The notes beneath the pieces were generated by a model. It made no database searches, was not told where the DNA came from, and was given only the letters and a program-made list of their open reading frames with translations. A program made the translations under genes and the position numbers. A stretch of DNA of 64,000 nucleotides from Chitinophagales bacterium. GTDB taxonomy: Bacteria > Bacteroidota > Bacteroidia > Chitinophagales > JABDMM01. This document shows, one piece after another, positions 9,462 to 19,028 of the stretch (positions are counted from its first letter, which is position 1; every line of letters begins with the position of its first letter). The stretch is from contig JABDMM010000128.1 in the NCBI GenBank assembly GCA_013001465.1, positions 257 to 64,256 on the forward strand, read 5' to 3'.

Positions 9462-10274
9462 CTATGTCAAAAGGTGGGTTATGATATTTGTTAGTTTAGG
9501 TTGAGTGTTGTTTGCTACCTCAATTATTTCTGCAACGTTTACTTTTTTTATTTTGCCGGCAACCCCAAGATCGGTAATGATAGAAATGCCAAAAACATTA
9601 ATGTCAGCATGCCTTGCTACGATGACTTCCGGAATGGTAGACATACCAACAGCATCAGCACCGATTGTTCTAAGGAATTTATATTCAGCAGGTGTTTCGA
9701 GATTCGGACCCATTACCGAAACATAAACTCCTTTTCGAACAGGGTAGTTGTTTGATTTGGCAAATTCATATGCCTTCATAACCAGCGAAGGGGAATAGGC
9801 ATTTAGCATATCTGGAAATCGCGGACCGAATTCTTCCAGATTTTTTCCTATCAATGGATTACCGGGTAGAAGATTAATGTGATCCTCAATGATCATGATA
9901 TCACCAATATTGTATTCAGGATTCAAACTACCACTGACATTAGAGATAAAAAGATCCGACACGCCGAGCAATTTCATGATCCGGACTCCAAATGCTACTT
10001 CTTCCATGCTGTAGCCTTCATAAAAATGAAATCTTCCTTGCATTACTACAACATCTTGCCCTTCCAGTTGGCCAAAAATCAGTTTCCCTTTGTGTGATTC
10101 GACAGTGGAAAGAGGAAAGTGAGGAATATCGCTATAATCAATGGAATGATCGATATCAATTCTTGCTACCAGTTCGCTTAAGCCGGTTCCCAGAATAATT
10201 CCCTTACGGATTTCAGAATCAACAAACTTGCGGATGAAATCGAATGACTCTTTATAGTGTTTATATTCGAACAT
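9462..10274 (-). CDS. punA: Purine nucleoside phosphorylase (trimeric PNP/PunA type)
   Basis: Motifs 'GIILGTGLSELV', 'GRFHFYEGY', 'GMSTIPEVIVARH' and 'ISIITD'. Confidence 0.8.
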   Translation of the reverse strand: MFEYKHYKESFDFIRKFVDSEIRKGIILGTGLSELVARIDIDHSIDYSDIPHFPLSTVESHKGKLIFGQLEGQDVVVMQGRFHFYEGYSMEEVAFGVRIMKLLGVSDLFISNVSGSLNPEYNIGDIMIIEDHINLLPGNPLIGKNLEEFGPRFPDMLNAYSPSLVMKAYEFAKSNNYPVRKGVYVSVMGPNLETPAEYKFLRTIGADAVGMSTIPEVIVARHADINVFGISIITDLGVAGKIKKVNVAEIIEVANNTQPKLTNIITHLLT

Positions 10275-10339
10275 ATTGCTTATAATTCGTAAAATAGAAT
10301 CATAATAAACCGGCGGTAAGATAAATTTTAAATTGCATT

Positions 10340-12316
10340 ATGCCAACCAAGAAGGTTAAAGACAAAGATCCTAAATGGCAGAAGTTAGTGTTCATGGCAG
10401 TTTTGGCGATTCTGCCATTCATTGCATTTCATCCTGTGCTGGATGCTGATTTTATCAATCTTGATGATGGGAGATTCATCCAAAACAATACTGTAGTCAA
10501 CGAGGGAAGCCTTTCTAATATACCTCAGGCTTTTAAGGAACAAATATTCACACCTCACTATAAACCACTGGTATACACAAGCTGGATAATAGAAGCGACA
10601 TTGTTTGGAATGGATCCATTTATCTATCACTTCGATAACCTTCTTCTTCATATTCTGAACACTTTTTTGATATTCTTTATTTTTCAAAAATTGCTAGCCA
10701 GAAGCAAAATCGATGAGCACCATATCATGATAGCTGCTTTTTTTGGGGCTTTATTGTATTCTTTACACCCTTTTAAGGTAGAATCAGTTGCCTGGGCAGT
10801 TGAAAGAAAAGATGTGCTCTTTTCTTTCTTCCTTTTTTCAGGGATGCTATCGTATATCACATACATAGATAGTAAGAAGCGGAAATATTTGTTTCTGACG
10901 ATGGGGTTTTATATCCTGACCCTGCTATCAAAATCGATGGGCATTTCCCTGATCATTATCGTTTTCTTATTGGATTTTCTATATGCACGAAAGTTCGGAA
11001 AGCGACTATTTGTTGAGAAGGTCCCATTCATAATAATTGTAGTAGCAGCCTTGTTCATTTATGGAATCTTCGAAAAATATGACCGTGTTACTCTCGGTGT
11101 TACGGAGGGACTTTTATCTGAGGAACAACAGGTGATACAACCGGAAAACTTCGATGGGTTACATCCTTTCTATAAGCAATTTCTCGTGATGAACTATAGA
11201 ATGATAGGTTTCGTCGCACATTTTGTTTATCCCACGAAATTATCAATAACATATCCACGAGCTTACTATCTGGATATGGTCGGTGGTTTCATTCATGCTT
11301 TACCATTTCTAAACTTGCTTTTACTTCTGGGGATATTATGGATGTGGCAAAGGGCGAGATGGTTAGCTTTTGGTGCTGCTTTCTATTTCCTCACCATATT
11401 TCCTGCGCTCATGATGGGAGACAAAGGAACAAATTTCTTACCGGATAGATACGTTTATATGCCTTCATTTGGGTTGGTGTTTCTGTTCATAACAGCTGTG
11501 TTTACATATGTATCAGAGCGGTATTTCAAACTTTCCCTTGCACTATTGTCGGTAGTTATAATGCTATGTAGTTATAGTGTTTTTAACTACAGCCATGCAT
11601 GGAAAGATAGTTTAACCCTATGGTCTGATGCTATCGAGAAGTATCCGGGAATGCTTGAAGTTGCCTATAAAAACAGAGGTTTAGAATATAGGAAAAGGAA
11701 CAGAATGGATCTGGCTTTACAGGATTATCTCATTCTCGAAAAAATGCGAGTAAGGGAGGCAGGTGTTTATGGTAATATTGCAAACATATATGGCAGTTTG
11801 CAGAATTTTGATAAGTCCCAGGAATATTACACAAAAGCCATTCAGCACGATGAAAATTATGCTACAGCTTACTTGAACCGCGGAATTACCTATGCACAAA
11901 GAAAAATGTTTGACCTTGCTTTTGCGGATTTTCAGAAAGCTTATTCGTTAGATTCTACTTCCCCTAAACTGTTAGAAAGCTATGCTTATGCTAACTTTGA
12001 AGTCGGAAATTATGCGCTCTCAACTAAACTTTACTCTGAACTGATCAATGCCGGAGTTCAGCTGGAACGAGTTTACTTTCAACGTGGATTAGCATTTTTT
12101 AGCGCTAAAGAATTTACAAAAGCCGTTGAAGATTTTATACAAGTAGTCTCTTTTAACCCTTCCAATCAGGATGCTCTGTATAATATTTCCGCTTCTTACT
12201 TTCAGCTTGGGGAGTATTCCAAAGCGATGGATTTTGCAAACAGAGCTGCACAAAATGGTTTTAATGTTCCTCAGTCCTTTTATCAGAAGATTCAAGAGGG
12301 GTTACAAGCTGAATAG
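10340..12316 (+). CDS. Membrane protein with N-terminal GT-C/PMT-like (TMTC-like) domain and C-terminal TPR repeats
   Basis: About 400 aa polytopic N-terminal region, then TPR-like repeats (e.g. 'AYLNRGITYAQRKMFDLAFADFQKAYSLD'). Confidence 0.55.
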   Translation: MPTKKVKDKDPKWQKLVFMAVLAILPFIAFHPVLDADFINLDDGRFIQNNTVVNEGSLSNIPQAFKEQIFTPHYKPLVYTSWIIEATLFGMDPFIYHFDNLLLHILNTFLIFFIFQKLLARSKIDEHHIMIAAFFGALLYSLHPFKVESVAWAVERKDVLFSFFLFSGMLSYITYIDSKKRKYLFLTMGFYILTLLSKSMGISLIIIVFLLDFLYARKFGKRLFVEKVPFIIIVVAALFIYGIFEKYDRVTLGVTEGLLSEEQQVIQPENFDGLHPFYKQFLVMNYRMIGFVAHFVYPTKLSITYPRAYYLDMVGGFIHALPFLNLLLLLGILWMWQRARWLAFGAAFYFLTIFPALMMGDKGTNFLPDRYVYMPSFGLVFLFITAVFTYVSERYFKLSLALLSVVIMLCSYSVFNYSHAWKDSLTLWSDAIEKYPGMLEVAYKNRGLEYRKRNRMDLALQDYLILEKMRVREAGVYGNIANIYGSLQNFDKSQEYYTKAIQHDENYATAYLNRGITYAQRKMFDLAFADFQKAYSLDSTSPKLLESYAYANFEVGNYALSTKLYSELINAGVQLERVYFQRGLAFFSAKEFTKAVEDFIQVVSFNPSNQDALYNISASYFQLGEYSKAMDFANRAAQNGFNVPQSFYQKIQEGLQAE

Positions 12317-13187
12317 ACAAGTCTGAGCGATAGTAAAAGTATATGAAAAGAGCACTTATCGCACACAAGATGTGCCACACCGCATGTCCCTGAAGAACAG
12401 AGTATGGAGAACACAACAGATCTGTGAAATCAAGAATCCACATTGCACCTGCCAATACGATACTGACAAGTCCAATTCCAAGATATCTTAAGAAAGCCTT
12501 AGCATGAGCTCCTGATCTGATAATCATATATTTTAAGACAAAAGTGATAAACACTATAAGTGGAAAGAGATAGTTAATATTCAGCTTCCATACATAGAAG
12601 TAGAATAACAAAAATATGAGTATTGCCGCAGGGATAATCACATGGTGTGAGTCCCTTTCTTTTGCTTTAAACTTATATTTTGGAAACAGAACATAGGTGT
12701 TGTACGCCAGAATGCTGATCATCAAGGCATAGATTCCGGTGATATCCATTTTCTGGAAAAAATACGTTAGCGATGCATGATAAAAAAAGCTTCCGAAAAA
12801 AACATATATGCAAGATATACCCATCATAATTGAGAAGGCAGGATATTTGACGATCAAGCTTTGAGTGTTTATTTTTCTTCTTCTGAAATCATTGATCCCG
12901 AAGGTTAGGCTGATGAGTCCAACGATAAGGAAGCCAAGGTTAGACCAGGTATTGATGGGCTGTCTGACAGAACACGGACCACGATCTAATTCACAAAAAC
13001 TATAGGCATTGCCAAAAGCAGCTTCCCAACCTCCCCAAATGTTATGAGACTTATAGGCGTCCAGAAAAACAATAAGTAGACCTGTAATGGCTATAAAAAG
13101 AGCTATTGAGTAGTAGTAGGTTGATATATTATGGTGTAAAATGTTGAGCTGTCTTCTGATGTACCTATACCTTACTACTATTCTCAT
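12261..13187 (-). CDS. Integral membrane hydrolase, alkaline ceramidase-like family
   Basis: 7-TM pattern with 'TWSNLGF', 'FFYHASLTYFFQKMD' and 'HAVWHILCA', which resemble ceramidase/PAQR conserved His/Asp blocks. Confidence 0.45.
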   Translation of the reverse strand: MRIVVRYRYIRRQLNILHHNISTYYYSIALFIAITGLLIVFLDAYKSHNIWGGWEAAFGNAYSFCELDRGPCSVRQPINTWSNLGFLIVGLISLTFGINDFRRRKINTQSLIVKYPAFSIMMGISCIYVFFGSFFYHASLTYFFQKMDITGIYALMISILAYNTYVLFPKYKFKAKERDSHHVIIPAAILIFLLFYFYVWKLNINYLFPLIVFITFVLKYMIIRSGAHAKAFLRYLGIGLVSIVLAGAMWILDFTDLLCSPYSVLQGHAVWHILCAISALFIYFYYRSDLSIQLVTPLESSDKRTEEH

Positions 13188-13311
13188 TTCCGCTAGTCTT
13201 TAATATTATATACGTTAGGGTTCATCAAACCGTTTGTTGGCAATTGTCAATTTATAGTAAGATAATAAATATTTATTAAAAAGTATATATAAAAGTGAGA
13301 ATAATTAAAAA

Positions 13312-14769
13312 TTAACTTGTTGACCAGAAATAGGTTGTGAAGAGGATGAGAACGGTAAACAATTCAAGTCGGCCTAGCAACATCAGGAATGTCAGGATCC
13401 ATTTTGACGCGTCAGGGATATTGCCGAAGTGCCCTGCCGGACCTACTTCTCCCAGTCCAGGGCCAATATTTGCCAGAGAAGTAGCTACAGCACCTATCGA
13501 GGTAGTAAAATCAACACCTGTAAAAGCAAGCAAGGCAGACCCGACAGCAAAAATAACTACATAGATGATGATAAAGGCAAGCACATTATAAGTAATCTTA
13601 TCACCAATGGCTCTTTTATTAATTCGCACAGCAATTACTGCAGAAGGGTGAATTAATCTTCTGAGTTCGAGGATGCTATTTTTGAACAGAATTAAGTGTC
13701 TTATGATCTTTACACCACCAGCTGTAGATCCTGCTGAACCGCCAATGAACATGATGATTAGAATTATAAAAACCATATAAGTTTCCCATGAAGTGTAATC
13801 GGTGGTGGCAAATCCTGTTGTAGAAATAATGGAAACGATTTGAAAAAGAGCTTCTCTGAAAGACTCCTCGAAATTTTTACTGTCCGCTTGAAGCAATGCA
13901 ATAGTGGTCAAAAATGTAAAGAATAGAATGACGATATAGTACGCTTTAAATTCTTCGTTCGAGGTGAGTTTTTTCCATTTGCCGCCGATCGCATGAAATG
14001 TAAGGGTGAAATTTATTCCGGCAATGAACATAAAAATGATAACTACATATTGGATAAAGGCAGAATCGAAATGAGCTAAGCTATCTTGTTTAGTTGAAAA
14101 CCCTCCGGTTGCCATAGTAGTTAAACTGTGATTTAGAGCATCGTAAAGATCCATTCCTCCTAGTTTTAGAATGATAGTCTCCAAAACAGTGAGTCCAACA
14201 TAGATAGACCAAAGTCTTCTGGCGGTTTCATTTATTCTTGGGGTAAGCTTGTCTGGAGAAATTCCCGGAGCTTCAGATACAAAAAGTTGCATTCCTCCAA
14301 CGCCAAGTAGTGGCAGGATTGCCACGGTAAGTACAATAATACCCATCCCACCGATCCACTGTGTCATGCTTCTCCATAACAGAATCCCTTTTGGCATCGC
14401 CTCAATATCACTAAGAATGGATGCACCTGTGGTTGTATATCCTGATATTGCTTCAAAGAAAGCATTTGTAAAAGAAGGAATAGAGCCGCTTAACAAGTAT
14501 GGTAACGTACCGAAAAGTGAAATTGTAACCCAGCCTAGCGTAACTATCAGATAGCCATCTCGGCGTTTTACCTCTTCCGAATATTTCTTGTAAAGAGAAA
14601 AGTAGAGTAGGAGTCCAACTCCAATATTGATAGCACCGGAGATCAGTAATGCGTGAAGATCTCCATCATGATAGTAAAGAGAGTAGGGAATACAAAGAAA
14701 CATGAAAATGCCATTCAAGACTAGTAGCAGTCCTATGAAACTCAGAATTAATCTTAGATTCAGTTTCAT
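13312..14769 (-). CDS. trkH: Trk-type K+ uptake membrane subunit
   Basis: 485 aa polytopic protein with 'TTTGFAT', 'GGSAGSTAGGVK' and 'MATGGFST' selectivity-filter-like motifs. Confidence 0.85.
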   Translation of the reverse strand: MKLNLRLILSFIGLLLVLNGIFMFLCIPYSLYYHDGDLHALLISGAINIGVGLLLYFSLYKKYSEEVKRRDGYLIVTLGWVTISLFGTLPYLLSGSIPSFTNAFFEAISGYTTTGASILSDIEAMPKGILLWRSMTQWIGGMGIIVLTVAILPLLGVGGMQLFVSEAPGISPDKLTPRINETARRLWSIYVGLTVLETIILKLGGMDLYDALNHSLTTMATGGFSTKQDSLAHFDSAFIQYVVIIFMFIAGINFTLTFHAIGGKWKKLTSNEEFKAYYIVILFFTFLTTIALLQADSKNFEESFREALFQIVSIISTTGFATTDYTSWETYMVFIILIIMFIGGSAGSTAGGVKIIRHLILFKNSILELRRLIHPSAVIAVRINKRAIGDKITYNVLAFIIIYVVIFAVGSALLAFTGVDFTTSIGAVATSLANIGPGLGEVGPAGHFGNIPDASKWILTFLMLLGRLELFTVLILFTTYFWSTS

Positions 14770-16106
14770 TTAAAGAATGATTCAACGTCATGGATGCATT
14801 CCGGTAAGCTTAATACAACTACTCTGTCATCGGCTTTGATCCAGAAATCTCCTAATGCAATATATCCTTTTCCGTTTCTAATGACGCCACCAACTAAAGC
14901 ACCTTTCGGGAACTTAAGATCCTGGATCGACTTCTTTGTTACCTTGGAATTTTTTTTCACCTCAAACTCGAGGACTTCAGCATCAACTCCATGAATCCCA
15001 GCTAGCGAAACGATTTCACCTTTTCGGATGTATCGGAAAATAAAGTTAGCTGCGATAAGTTTCTTGTTGATCATCGTATCCACACCGATATTCTGTGATA
15101 GGTGAATGTAATCGGTATTCTCTATCAAAGCGATCGTTTTCTTTACACCGTGATTTTTAGCAACAAGGCATGAAATAATATTAGTTTCCGAATTACCGGT
15201 AACAGCTATGAAGGCATCCATATCTTCTATTCCTTCTTCTTCCAATAACTCGACATCGGACCCATCCCCGTTGATGATAAGTGTGTTCGGTAATTTATCT
15301 ACTAACTCAAAACATTTATCTCTCTTTGCTTCTATCAACTTTACTTTATAAAGTTTACTGAGCTTTTTTGCACTGTGTATTCCAACATCACTTCCTCCGA
15401 GTATCATGATCTTCTTAATATCCACTTTTTCTTTAGCCGCAAGATTTATGATCTTCTCAATGCCGCTTTGGAGAGAAATGAAGTAGACATTGTCATTGAT
15501 CTTAAATTTTGTGTTCCCTCTGGGAATGATCGTTTTATTGTTTCTAAGAATACATGCGGTAATGAAGTCATTTTCTTTATTGAGGTGGGAGGTTGAATTT
15601 ATGGTCTTATCCTCAATGGGAGCATGATTATCGATATTGATGCCGATCATGTTCAATAAGCCATTATCGAATTCAAAAGTATCAGTGAGCGCTGAAGTTT
15701 TAAGTAAACGCTTAATTTCACGTGCAGCAAGTGATTCGGGTGAAATCAATTCGTCTATACCTAATTTTGCAAGATCGAGTTTGTCTTTCGCGAATAGAAA
15801 TTCTGTATTGCTGATACGCGCTACAGTGCGCTTTGCTCCGAGATGCTTCCCTATGATAGCGGTAGCAAGGTTTGTTTCTTCACTATTTGTAACTGCGAGA
15901 AGAAGATCAGCTTTTTTGACACCAGCGTCCTCCAAGGTAGAAAATGATACGCTGCTTCCTTTTAGAGTAGCAACATCGATATGGCTTTCCGCATATCTTA
16001 ATTTAGATTTATCAATGTCTACCAGCACAATATCCTGCTTTTCATAAGAGAGGAGTTTCGCCAGATGAAACCCAACATCTCCAGCTCCTGCGATTATTAT
16101 TCTCAT
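14766..16106 (-). CDS. trkA: Trk system NAD-binding subunit
   Basis: Duplicated RCK/TrkA-N domains ('MRIIIAGAGDVG', 'IMILGGSDVG'). The stop overlaps the trkH start by 4 nt. Confidence 0.85.
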   Translation of the reverse strand: MRIIIAGAGDVGFHLAKLLSYEKQDIVLVDIDKSKLRYAESHIDVATLKGSSVSFSTLEDAGVKKADLLLAVTNSEETNLATAIIGKHLGAKRTVARISNTEFLFAKDKLDLAKLGIDELISPESLAAREIKRLLKTSALTDTFEFDNGLLNMIGINIDNHAPIEDKTINSTSHLNKENDFITACILRNNKTIIPRGNTKFKINDNVYFISLQSGIEKIINLAAKEKVDIKKIMILGGSDVGIHSAKKLSKLYKVKLIEAKRDKCFELVDKLPNTLIINGDGSDVELLEEEGIEDMDAFIAVTGNSETNIISCLVAKNHGVKKTIALIENTDYIHLSQNIGVDTMINKKLIAANFIFRYIRKGEIVSLAGIHGVDAEVLEFEVKKNSKVTKKSIQDLKFPKGALVGGVIRNGKGYIALGDFWIKADDRVVVLSLPECIHDVESFFK

Positions 16107-16996
16107 CCTAATGGTAAATTTATACTACCTGATCTGGTTTTAAAGCTATCTAAGTGGTATATATTTTTAAACAATTCCATAACCGACCCTTTTTCAAGTT
16201 CGAAAATTATAAAGAATCCTCCACCACCTGCACCACATAGCTTCATTGCGTATTTACTGCTTTCGATACCTTGTTTCCAGGGTTTCAAAACCTCCTCAGG
16301 GATCATATCGGTGAAGAGTCTTAGCTGAAGTTTTGAAACATGAAGAAGTTCTTCATTGCTTGCAGGAACTTCATCCCACATCTCCGAGATCAGATTTTCT
16401 GTTAGATCGCAGTATTGTCCTGTGAACAGTTCACTATATTCTTTGAGCTTTAGATTTTCCAAAAAAAGCGGAACCAGATTGCCCTTATTTCTTGATATAC
16501 CTGAATGCCACAAATAAATATTGTTAACTAAACAAAGGCTGTCTTTTGTCATAATTTCACCATTCCTGATCACAATTGCTTTGTTCAAGTATGAGATCAG
16601 CGGATCGAAACCAGAACTCTTTCCATGGAAGAAAGACTCCATTGCTGCAAAAGTTTTTTTGAGTTCATGGATCGAGATGTCTTTTTTCAATCCATAAGTG
16701 TCGTATACAGCCGCAACCACAGCGCCGGAACTTCCCAGTCCTGACCCTACCGGAATACTGGATTCGATTCCCCAACCATTGTCAATATCCTGCTTCAAAT
16801 TTTCGAAATCTAAAGCGATATCATTTTCTTTCCAATATTCGATCGGTTCTTTAAAATTGAGATCGATGCTATTACTTTGTGAAAAGTGAACAGTCATCTT
16901 AGGATATGGTATAGCAAGTGCGGATCCTTGTTTTACAACGGAGTATTCTCCAAACAGAAGTACTTTGGAAGGATAGCGCTTGCTTGAATCTATCAT
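16103..16996 (-). CDS. mvk: Mevalonate kinase (GHMP kinase)
   Basis: N-terminal 'KVLLFGEYSVV', GHMP motif 'PVGSGLGSSGAVV' and 'KLCGAGGGGF'. It sits in the mevalonate cluster. Confidence 0.75.
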   Translation of the reverse strand: MIDSSKRYPSKVLLFGEYSVVKQGSALAIPYPKMTVHFSQSNSIDLNFKEPIEYWKENDIALDFENLKQDIDNGWGIESSIPVGSGLGSSGAVVAAVYDTYGLKKDISIHELKKTFAAMESFFHGKSSGFDPLISYLNKAIVIRNGEIMTKDSLCLVNNIYLWHSGISRNKGNLVPLFLENLKLKEYSELFTGQYCDLTENLISEMWDEVPASNEELLHVSKLQLRLFTDMIPEEVLKPWKQGIESSKYAMKLCGAGGGGFFIIFELEKGSVMELFKNIYHLDSFKTRSGSINLPLG

Positions 16997-18033
16997 ATTA
17001 ATTTTTCGGGACCTTGTCCGGCTTTATCATGTAAGACCTTTCTCTCTTCACAGTATTGAATAAGTGCATCGTTGATGAATGACTTTACCGCTCCTGCATT
17101 GTAATCTGGATAAAGTAAATGAATGTTAGGGCCTGCATCGAGTGTAAATGCCATAGCAGTTGATGTTGCATTTCTAAATTCTCTGATGAGTTCGATTACC
17201 TTTAATGTATTTGGGTGTAGAAGAATATAGGAAGGAACAGAGCTCATCATCAGAGCATGTAATGTAAGTGCTTCAAGTTCTACGATCTCTGTAAACTTAT
17301 GCCAGTCTCCACCTTCAAGAGCTTGCATAAGAACTTTAAGGTTATCGTGACTTTGCTTTATTCTGCTTTCTCGAAAACTATGCCCTGCCATTAAAGCATG
17401 TCCTTCTGTACTTGAGACACTTTTCTTTGCTGAATCAACTATAAGAATACTGTCGTGTGTATTTTTAAACTCCTCGTGGATCTTTTCATTCACTTCCACT
17501 GCATATTCATCGTGGCTGCCATCAACAATTTCACTGTTTCCCCAAACAGCAAATCCAGGGTAAACCGACCTGCAAGCACTACCGGAGCCAAGTCTTGACA
17601 TACTTGAAGCGATGCTCAAATCTTCCGATGCAATGGCTCCATGTTCTCTTAGGATCGAGTACAGATTCATTGCAAGAGCGCTCATAGAAGAAGCGGAAGA
17701 AGCTATTCCCGTTGAGTGCGGAAATGAATTTGAAGACTCAATGATATAGGAAAACTCATTTAAAAGTGGATAGTCCTTAGCAATTCTTGCGATGAATCGC
17801 TCTATTTTTTGACCGAATTCCGGTTTGCGATTGCCCTCGAACAGAAAGTCAACTTTTACGTCACTCCCGTTACTTTTATTGTATTGGATACTGGTTTGAG
17901 TGTTGGCGTTTTCAAGTGTAATACTGATGGATGGGTTCATCGGAATTTGTTCACTGTGCTTACCCCAATACTTAACTAAAGCAATATTTGAAGCACTTTT
18001 CCATGCTACTTTCTGGATTGTATCTGTCATCAT
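16993..18033 (-). CDS. mvaD: Diphosphomevalonate decarboxylase
   Basis: Motifs 'NIALVKYWGK', 'STGIASSASS', 'RLGSGSACRS' and 'FTLDAGPN'. Confidence 0.85.
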   Translation of the reverse strand: MMTDTIQKVAWKSASNIALVKYWGKHSEQIPMNPSISITLENANTQTSIQYNKSNGSDVKVDFLFEGNRKPEFGQKIERFIARIAKDYPLLNEFSYIIESSNSFPHSTGIASSASSMSALAMNLYSILREHGAIASEDLSIASSMSRLGSGSACRSVYPGFAVWGNSEIVDGSHDEYAVEVNEKIHEEFKNTHDSILIVDSAKKSVSSTEGHALMAGHSFRESRIKQSHDNLKVLMQALEGGDWHKFTEIVELEALTLHALMMSSVPSYILLHPNTLKVIELIREFRNATSTAMAFTLDAGPNIHLLYPDYNAGAVKSFINDALIQYCEERKVLHDKAGQGPEKLI

Positions 18034-18053
18034 CCCACTTTATTTGTTTGCTA

Positions 18054-19028
18054 TTACAAAACCATTTCGTCGAAAGATAAAATCGTTTTATAACCTTTTG
18101 CATTAAAATAACTTTTAAATTCCTCGAAATCTGTATTTCTGCTAACCATCACGAAATCCCCACCCCACGCACCAAGTGACTTAATACTTCCATCAAAATC
18201 TGAGAATTGCTTGATCTTTAATGTATCAATACCAAGGCAACTGCTTACAATTCCTTCATGAATCTCAATAAGATTATTAAATACTTCCTGATCCCTGCAC
18301 TCCGCGAGCTGTGTGCTGATGCCTCCAATTTCCTTGGTAGGCAATCTCTCTCGTTTTATTTCTTCATACGCTAAAATTGCAGCCCTTGAGTTTCTTTTCT
18401 GGTTGAGATGCACAAAGTGAATTCTGTCTTTGAATGGAGGACAAAAACTCACTTTTTCAATCTTAGGTCCTTTTGGACTAAGTTGATAGAATAAGGCAGA
18501 ATCACTGGATGCACAAGCAATATCATAACCTGAGCCCTTCATTGTGCTGAAAAGTAGTTTGTATGGATCTATTTTTGCCCATTGTGATAAGAAGTAGATG
18601 AGCGTTGAACTGCTACCAAGGCCCCAGTCATTTGGGAACTCTAAACGGCATTCGACTAAGATGTCATCCTCGTCTTTTAAAAAGGCCGGATTCAGTTTTT
18701 TGCATTGTTCCAGCAAACTCCGGAGAATGAGATTTTCTCTATCATCAAATCCTTTTGATGTTCTTAAATTGCTTTTGGAAAAACAGGTGTCGAGCCACTT
18801 TTTACTTTGGTAATTGTATGCATGCCAATAGACTTTATCCGACTTGACATTTACTCTATGAACTTTAAAATGCTGACCGTATTTTGCAGGAACTGCAAGA
18901 CATTTTGCTCCATCCAAAACAAGATACTCGCCGCTGATCAGCAGTTTTCCATGAGCATAAAGCTCAATTATCTTGTCGGAGTCTGCACTGGAATCAGACC
19001 TTGTAAGATTTGGTTCTGATGAGTTCAA
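18054..19028 (-). CDS. GYDIA-family GHMP kinase (candidate phosphomevalonate kinase)
   Basis: Motifs 'HGKLLISGEYLVLDG', 'GLGSSSTL' and the family signature 'GSGYDIACAS'. It lies between HMG-CoA reductase and the decarboxylase. Confidence 0.7.
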   Translation of the reverse strand: MNSSEPNLTRSDSSADSDKIIELYAHGKLLISGEYLVLDGAKCLAVPAKYGQHFKVHRVNVKSDKVYWHAYNYQSKKWLDTCFSKSNLRTSKGFDDRENLILRSLLEQCKKLNPAFLKDEDDILVECRLEFPNDWGLGSSSTLIYFLSQWAKIDPYKLLFSTMKGSGYDIACASSDSALFYQLSPKGPKIEKVSFCPPFKDRIHFVHLNQKRNSRAAILAYEEIKRERLPTKEIGGISTQLAECRDQEVFNNLIEIHEGIVSSCLGIDTLKIKQFSDFDGSIKSLGAWGGDFVMVSRNTDFEEFKSYFNAKGYKTILSFDEMVL

